DNA of 64,000 bases from a virus. The notes under the pieces were generated by a model that was not told the DNA's origin, ran no database searches, and was given only the letters and a program-made list of their open reading frames with translations. Made by a program: the position numbers and the translations under genes. The DNA is taken from the IMG/VR virus record IMGVR_UViG_3300037193_002967, positions 8,174 through 72,173 of that record, one strand, 5' to 3'. Below are positions 58,817 through 64,000 of this stretch, in pieces (the first letter of the stretch is position 1; each line of letters begins with the position of its first letter).

Positions 58817-59417
58817 ATATGCAAACTATTTTATCAGGTTTAAAACTATTAGCTTTTGCCTCGTTATCAAATATTATATCGTTTCTGTAAACAGTTCCTT
58901 CATATGCTGTTTTAATATCATTAAATAAATTAGAGGGTCTATAATCGATAGGGAGCCCCTGGCTAAAGAATTCATCATCATTACAATGCAAATCCTCAAT
59001 AAAATAATGTTTGCCATTGAATAGCCCAAAGAAGGTTATCATTTGATCTCTGGCATTATGCGATCCATCATCAATAATAATATCAAAATCATATTTGCGA
59101 AGCTCTTCTAAAATTTGCCAATCTCGTTGGTCCCCCTTATGTAGGTACATTCGTTCTTCGGGGATTTCAATTCCATTAATACGTATAATATTTTGGCGAA
59201 CTTCCCAGCGGGCTATTTCTGAAAATAAATCTAATCCATGGATTTCGGCATTAGGAAAATATTCTAACCACATTCCAATACTGGCACCACCTTTAACACC
59301 AATTTCTAAAATGCGTTTTGGGTCCTTTGGTAAGTGCTGCTCATAAAATGGGCAGTAATTGTGCCCTAAACTGCTTTTATCTGATCCGTATTTTATGGCA
59401 AGTTGGTCAAGTGTCAT
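58788..59417 (-). CDS. Class I SAM methyltransferase (sugar O-methyltransferase-like)
   Basis: YGSDK, ILEIGVKGGAS, DIIIDDGSH, YFIEDL. Confidence 0.85.
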   Translation of the reverse strand: MTLDQLAIKYGSDKSSLGHNYCPFYEQHLPKDPKRILEIGVKGGASIGMWLEYFPNAEIHGLDLFSEIARWEVRQNIIRINGIEIPEERMYLHKGDQRDWQILEELRKYDFDIIIDDGSHNARDQMITFFGLFNGKHYFIEDLHCNDDEFFSQGLPIDYRPSNLFNDIKTAYEGTVYRNDIIFDNEAKANSFKPDKIVCIYASQLNNPG

Positions 59418-59728
59418 TTTTGATTTAATTTTTCTTTAACTAGTTGAACAGCTTTTTCGTGACCTTCTTCGGCTTCTTCCCAAGTAGAATATCGCCACAT
59501 ATCACCATCCAATTCGCCACCAAAAATCATGGTTTCAAATAATAATGGTTTATTCGTACCAGCATCAAAGCTGTGATTAAGTCCTAAAAACACGGTTGAG
59601 ATTATAATATCTCCAATTTCTGTTTTCTTAACTGTTCTGTCAGCGTTTTGGTTCCATTTAGCCCATTCCATAAAATCGTCTACTGGGATTGGCGTTTTGT
59701 CTTTTAATATATAGTATTCGTTATCCAT
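59414..59728 (-). CDS. Conserved hypothetical phage protein
   Basis: ISTVFLGLNH...LFETMIFGG...RYSTWEEAEEGH. Confidence 0.7.
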   Translation of the reverse strand: MDNEYYILKDKTPIPVDDFMEWAKWNQNADRTVKKTEIGDIIISTVFLGLNHSFDAGTNKPLLFETMIFGGELDGDMWRYSTWEEAEEGHEKAVQLVKEKLNQK

Positions 59729-59969
59729 TTTCTAAGATTTTTTCGTATTCTATGACCTCTTCCTTTGTGTCAAAATATCTTAATGGGCACTCATCAGAAT
59801 GAAAAGATACTTCAATTTCATACAGGTATTGCGCATGTAATTTATCTGTTAAATATAAACCGTCTTGGTAATTTTTTTCGCAGATTTCACAGCTGCACCC
59901 GTTTCGATTTCGGTAGACAATTTTACCAATTCTATCCAAGAACCATTGTTCTCGTTCTTTGTAATTCAT
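59721..59969 (-). CDS. Hypothetical protein
   Basis: CSCEIC; coupled. Confidence 0.55.
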   Translation of the reverse strand: MNYKEREQWFLDRIGKIVYRNRNGCSCEICEKNYQDGLYLTDKLHAQYLYEIEVSFHSDECPLRYFDTKEEVIEYEKILENG

Positions 59970-60190
59970 GGCAACTTATTTAACCAGTTACTATCAATTG
60001 GATTCGGGTAAAGGTCAATTTTAACTATCCATCCGGATTCACAGATAGTATGTTGCTCACAGCTTTCTACGGTTGCACGCTTACCGCCGATCCCATTACT
60101 AAATGCCCAATCTATAAAAACTTTGTCACCCTTAGAAAAGGGTGGTTTATCTGGGTGAAATCTGCTTTGATTTTTTTGATAAGCGTTCAT
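59966..60190 (-). CDS. Hypothetical protein
   Basis: ATGA-coupled. Confidence 0.55.
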   Translation of the reverse strand: MNAYQKNQSRFHPDKPPFSKGDKVFIDWAFSNGIGGKRATVESCEQHTICESGWIVKIDLYPNPIDSNWLNKLP

Positions 60191-60915
60191 AGCCTAATAA
60201 ATCTTTCAGGCAATAGATCACAAGTTTCTAAATGCGCATTTCCTGGGCCGTACCATCGGTTTTCAGATGGTGCAATAACTGGTATGCGATTTTCGCGCAA
60301 GAGAGCCGGGAATAGACTGAACGTACTATTTGCTATGATAAATCCATCCGCGTTGTACATATGACGCATTGCGGCTAAAGGATCAGATATTGTACAGAAT
60401 TTATCATCCTTAAATAAGAACTCTTTTTTACACCATTCAATATCATCGCTGTAAATCATAAAATCATGATGCCCCATATCCATAAAGCGAAGCATTGCAT
60501 TATCATAATAATTTATTGATAATGGTGGGTGCTTATCGGAAAATTGAGTTACATAATCCCCGCGCCGGATATGGATTGCTATATAACCACCACCATTATT
60601 TATATCGAATCCAAGCGCGGTTCTAATTTCTTCTTTAGCGTTATCAAAATATTTTTCACTTTGGAAATAGCCATCTAAGGTAAGGTCCTTGTGTTCAGGT
60701 AAAGGATCATAAGAGTGCCGCTTTTCCTGGTAGGCATGCATTGTCGCGGCGCCACGCGCTACCGGCAAGCTTTTAAAATAAGTTGGCCATACATTAGGGT
60801 TTGAAGATCGATATGGTACACGCCAATCAGTTTTCATTTTTTTGGCATGTGCAATAGCGGCAGCAATTTGAAAGCATTGATTACCTAATCTTCCATATAG
60901 CTTGGGCAGAATCAT
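60187..60915 (-). CDS. Alpha-1,2-fucosyltransferase (GT11)
   Basis: GRLGNQCFQ, GYFQSEKYF, HIRRGDY, SDD, ANSTFS. Confidence 0.92.
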   Translation of the reverse strand: MILPKLYGRLGNQCFQIAAAIAHAKKMKTDWRVPYRSSNPNVWPTYFKSLPVARGAATMHAYQEKRHSYDPLPEHKDLTLDGYFQSEKYFDNAKEEIRTALGFDINNGGGYIAIHIRRGDYVTQFSDKHPPLSINYYDNAMLRFMDMGHHDFMIYSDDIEWCKKEFLFKDDKFCTISDPLAAMRHMYNADGFIIANSTFSLFPALLRENRIPVIAPSENRWYGPGNAHLETCDLLPERFIRL

Positions 60916-61448
60916 AAATCATCAGAATTAACTGGTTGGTCATTGATGGGAGGCGCGGGCTCGATAAATGGCAAGTCCTGTTCATCGGTTACTATGGTCG
61001 CTTCTGATGTATTTTCTTGTTCTTCATTAGAAACAGGTGGGTAGACGCCCGATTTTAAACTTTCTAGTTTTGCTTCGAGGTCTTTAATTTCTTGTTGCCG
61101 GTCTTCCTCAAGCATTTCTTGGAGTCCTTTTATCATAAGCACTTTACATTCTGGGGAAATATCTGCATATTTTTTCAAATGCATTGCTACGTTGATGTTT
61201 TTCTTCATTGCGCGGTTTGTTTTTTTAATAAAAGTATTTAATTCGGAAGTAGTAACAAGAACGAAATTGTCCTTAACAATTACAACTAACCATTTTTGGC
61301 ATTCTGGATTAATGCAAATAATCGGAAATTCTTGCATATCCTTTACCCACTTCTTACGCCAATCTTTTTCAAAATGGACTAAGAAACATTTCGGACAATT
61401 GAATGTTAGATCATCATAAACTTTCCAATGTCCGATTGTGCCTATCAT
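60912..61448 (-). CDS. Hypothetical protein with Zn ribbon and acidic tail
   Basis: CPKC...CINPEC. Confidence 0.6.
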   Translation of the reverse strand: MIGTIGHWKVYDDLTFNCPKCFLVHFEKDWRKKWVKDMQEFPIICINPECQKWLVVIVKDNFVLVTTSELNTFIKKTNRAMKKNINVAMHLKKYADISPECKVLMIKGLQEMLEEDRQQEIKDLEAKLESLKSGVYPPVSNEEQENTSEATIVTDEQDLPFIEPAPPINDQPVNSDDL

Positions 61449-62173
61449 AATTCCATTATTAAATTTCTCACTTCAGCCGATTTCTGCATATTATATTGAG
61501 CATTTTGCATAAATCCACTGTCTTTATGAACGCGGTGGTAATATTCCATCCCTGGAACAACATAAAAGCCATTACCTGCTTTAAGCCAATTGTAATTAAA
61601 CCAGATCGTATCAGATGCGACGTGTTCGGAATTTTGGACAAACATACGGGCGTATGCATGTCTATTTACAATGTAATTGCAAGTGTTTAATAAACAATTG
61701 AACATATCTAATCTTGCATGTCTTGCGCACTCAATGGCATAATACGTCGTTCCGGCAAATTGCCGGTAGTCGAAATTTGGTTTAGCAAAATCAGGGCAAT
61801 AGATAAGATATGGGCGTGGTTTAGTAGCACTTATTAATTTAAGATGATTATAGAATGCGTCAATATATTTAGGCTCCAAAATATTATCACTATCAAATAG
61901 AATGCACCAATCGTTTTTTGCTGCTTTCACAACCTTTAGTTTGTTGATCTGCATGCCTTCATTAACACTACTTTCCCATAAATGAATTTTCTTTAAAGGA
62001 TCGTTTTCTAAAACGTGCATTTGAAGCCAACGTATATTATGATCTTCACTTTTATCATCGAAAATAATGATCTCATCTATTCTTTCGTCGTTATAAACCT
62101 GCGCGAATGATTCGGCAGTCAATTCAGGCCGGTTATATGTGGTTATACAAAGCGAAAGTTTCAAAACTGCCAT
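61445..62173 (-). CDS. GT2 glycosyltransferase
   Basis: SLCITTYNR, IIIFDDKS, LFDSD, YYHRVH. Confidence 0.88.
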   Translation of the reverse strand: MAVLKLSLCITTYNRPELTAESFAQVYNDERIDEIIIFDDKSEDHNIRWLQMHVLENDPLKKIHLWESSVNEGMQINKLKVVKAAKNDWCILFDSDNILEPKYIDAFYNHLKLISATKPRPYLIYCPDFAKPNFDYRQFAGTTYYAIECARHARLDMFNCLLNTCNYIVNRHAYARMFVQNSEHVASDTIWFNYNWLKAGNGFYVVPGMEYYHRVHKDSGFMQNAQYNMQKSAEVRNLIMEL

Positions 62174-62901
62174 TGCTGAAAGGTATTTAAAAGGATTTTA
62201 CCATTATTGTTTTCTGGAAGATATTTGCCATCTATTTTATCATGTCGAACATACTTAACTAAGAAATCCACTTCGCCTTTTCTTTCTACACGCCAGATTG
62301 CGCCTTCTGGTCCATCAACAGCGCCATGAAATCCATTTATATGAACACCAAATACTGTATTCATAATATATTCTATTGAACAGGCATGACCGGCATATAA
62401 TACTTTGGGACGTTGGAATTTTCCATAAGTTCTTTCAGAGAATTCATCAAAATTCACGCGTTTATTATCTCTAAAAATATCAAATACTACAAATGGCTCA
62501 TGTGGCATATTGTAAACAGTGCCGTGAGCCTGATAAAGCCATTCGCCTACTATGCGTTCTCCTTCATTGAGCAATTTTTGAAATACATTTTCTTTAAGGT
62601 AAACATATTGTCCGAATAAATAATGGGAACAATATTGACTATCCTTTACATGATATCCTGCGCGTGTAAGTGGAATTATCTGCCCATTCAATTTTGCAAC
62701 AGCACAACAGCTACCATCTAATTTTTCCTGAACAATTACAAAATCATGTTTATCGCGGGTTTTTTCTGTTGCAATACGAGCTTGTCCGAGTTCGCAATGA
62801 TGATCACCGGGGCCTAAACGGCTACCTGGTAAATGTGGAATACTTCCATAGGCTTTACAGCCTAATGGTTTTACCGCTTTTGATCTTCCGCTTTCTTGCA
62901 T
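62161..62901 (-). CDS. RNA ligase family (ATP-dependent nucleotidyltransferase)
   Basis: QEKLDGS (motif I), GEWL, FDIF, EGAIWR, VKYV. Confidence 0.8.
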   Translation of the reverse strand: MQESGRSKAVKPLGCKAYGSIPHLPGSRLGPGDHHCELGQARIATEKTRDKHDFVIVQEKLDGSCCAVAKLNGQIIPLTRAGYHVKDSQYCSHYLFGQYVYLKENVFQKLLNEGERIVGEWLYQAHGTVYNMPHEPFVVFDIFRDNKRVNFDEFSERTYGKFQRPKVLYAGHACSIEYIMNTVFGVHINGFHGAVDGPEGAIWRVERKGEVDFLVKYVRHDKIDGKYLPENNNGKILLNTFQQWQF

Positions 62902-63047
62902 CGTTCGTAATCTCTTATGATTTTGTAAATGGTCTGTTCAATACCAAAGACACCTTTATTTCTATCTATCTTCTCCTTATGCTGTTCAACCAATATAATT
63001 CTGAAGATTTCCGGGGGAATATTTCTAAGCGTGATGGATTTTGCCAT
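62871..63047 (-). CDS. Small ribbon-helix-helix-like protein
   Basis: MAKSITLRNIPPEIFRII. Confidence 0.5.
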   Translation of the reverse strand: MAKSITLRNIPPEIFRIILVEQHKEKIDRNKGVFGIEQTIYKIIRDYERCKKAEDQKR

Positions 63048-63125
63048 AAAATGATTGGTGCTAATTGGTGCCGTCACACAAGTATACAACGTTTTTTGTA
63101 TTCTTCAAAAAATTAATTTTGTCCT

Positions 63126-63476
63126 ATGTTATATAATGGACCATATTTAAGAGTGCTTTCCCCTCGTACGAGCAATGGGTCAAATCTTCTTATAGATGAG
63201 GCATCAAAGCAGGTACAATATAGAGAGGATCATTTGCCTATGTCTGCTTATAAGCATTTGATTACCTTAAATAAATCCACACCAAAACACCTTCAAAAAA
63301 TTATTGAGGTGGTTCAAGGTGTTCAAGCAGGGACCCAAGCGAACAAGCCCATATCTGAAAAAAGAGAAAATCAAGATGAAACACTTCCATTTTTAACCGA
63401 TACTAATACAGGATTATCGCAAGTTCCAAATCCAATAACAAAACCGGTAGCGCCCAAATCTGTTAAACAATCTTAA
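63126..63476 (+). CDS. Hypothetical protein, first gene of a probable head operon
   Basis: TAATTTTG promoter element 4 nt before the ATG. Confidence 0.6.
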   Translation: MLYNGPYLRVLSPRTSNGSNLLIDEASKQVQYREDHLPMSAYKHLITLNKSTPKHLQKIIEVVQGVQAGTQANKPISEKRENQDETLPFLTDTNTGLSQVPNPITKPVAPKSVKQS

Positions 63477-63478
63477 TT

Positions 63479-63541
63479 ATGATTTATTGCAAAGGCGGTT
63501 GTGGTAAGCCTCGTGGGGGCCGTGGGGGTCGCGGAAGATAA
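63479..63541 (+). CDS. 20-aa RGG-rich peptide
   Basis: MIYCKGGCGKPRGGRGGRGR fills the intergenic gap. Confidence 0.45.
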   Translation: MIYCKGGCGKPRGGRGGRGR

Positions 63542-63550
63542 AAATAATTT

Positions 63551-64000
63551 ATGCCTAAACTGAATGATTTTTTAAAGTCTTTAATTGTCAAAGCTGGCGG
63601 TAATCTTGATAGTGAAAATATCAAAACCGCACTCGGCAATTTGGGCGCTGATTTGGAAATTGGGGATGATATAGTTACTGCCATTGATAATGGCTTGCTC
63701 TCATTAAAAGACGCAAAAAATAACTTCCCAGAATTAAAGAATCATTATTTTGGGCAAGCATATAAAGGATTGGATGCAGAATTGGAATCACTTATCCAGT
63801 CTGAAAAACTTCCAGAAGAAGTTATAACAGAACTTAAACAGGAAACAAGCAGCACCAAACGAGCCGCTAAATTGGCACTTAAGCTAAAGGAATTGGAAGC
63901 TAAAAAATCCGCTTCTAATAGCAAGGGCGACACCCAGAAATTGAACGAACAAATAGTTGAGTTAAATAATCAGCTACGTGCAGAAAAAGATGCAAAAGCA
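63551..64000 (+). CDS. Probable capsid scaffolding protein (truncated by the window end)
   Basis: MPKLNDFLKSLIVKAGG...; charged coiled coil, frame open to the end. Confidence 0.55.
   Translation, partial: MPKLNDFLKSLIVKAGGNLDSENIKTALGNLGADLEIGDDIVTAIDNGLLSLKDAKNNFPELKNHYFGQAYKGLDAELESLIQSEKLPEEVITELKQETSSTKRAAKLALKLKELEAKKSASNSKGDTQKLNEQIVELNNQLRAEKDAKA

Noticed and set aside
55938-62173. Host LPS/capsule locus marking a prophage boundary
   Set aside because: Genes are interleaved with phage-type small ORFs and flanked by phage genes; no wzx/wzy or nucleotide-sugar synthesis genes
1-64000. Stop-codon reassignment
   Set aside because: Long conserved genes are intact in code 11 and end in TAA, TAG and TGA

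Overview
This window is a 64-kb segment of a tailed dsDNA phage or prophage, most likely of a Bacteroidota host, judged from TTTG-N19/20-TAnnTTTG promoters and Bacteroidota-type ECF sigma and secreted lyase genes. No integrase or major capsid gene is visible. Gene order: lysis module (0.5-3.5 kb); leftward recombination arm with ECF sigma, a DnaA-domain-IV protein, a PD-(D/E)xK nuclease and RecT (3.6-11 kb); rightward accessory/replication arm with HNH, PIF1-like helicase, a CBM+polysaccharide lyase, SF2 helicase, primase-helicase and a probable iteron origin (11-26 kb); terminase (26.4-28.3 kb); operator-controlled accessory genes; tail chaperone with a -1 frameshift, tape measure and tail genes (35-44 kb); portal and minor head protein; tRNAs and a cluster of tRNA-like or structured RNAs (49-52.4 kb); a glycosyltransferase/methyltransferase cluster with an RNA ligase (56-63 kb); and a truncated scaffold-like gene. 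The standout is at 16322-17475: a lone Cas7/RAMP-like gene flanked by five non-coding arrays of 5-nt units NGY-NN (90 of 94 units carry GY in register), each closed by a similar 3' motif and T-run. This looks like a compact, programmable RNA-guided system that is not a CRISPR array. All protein calls come from motif recognition by eye; no database searches were run.
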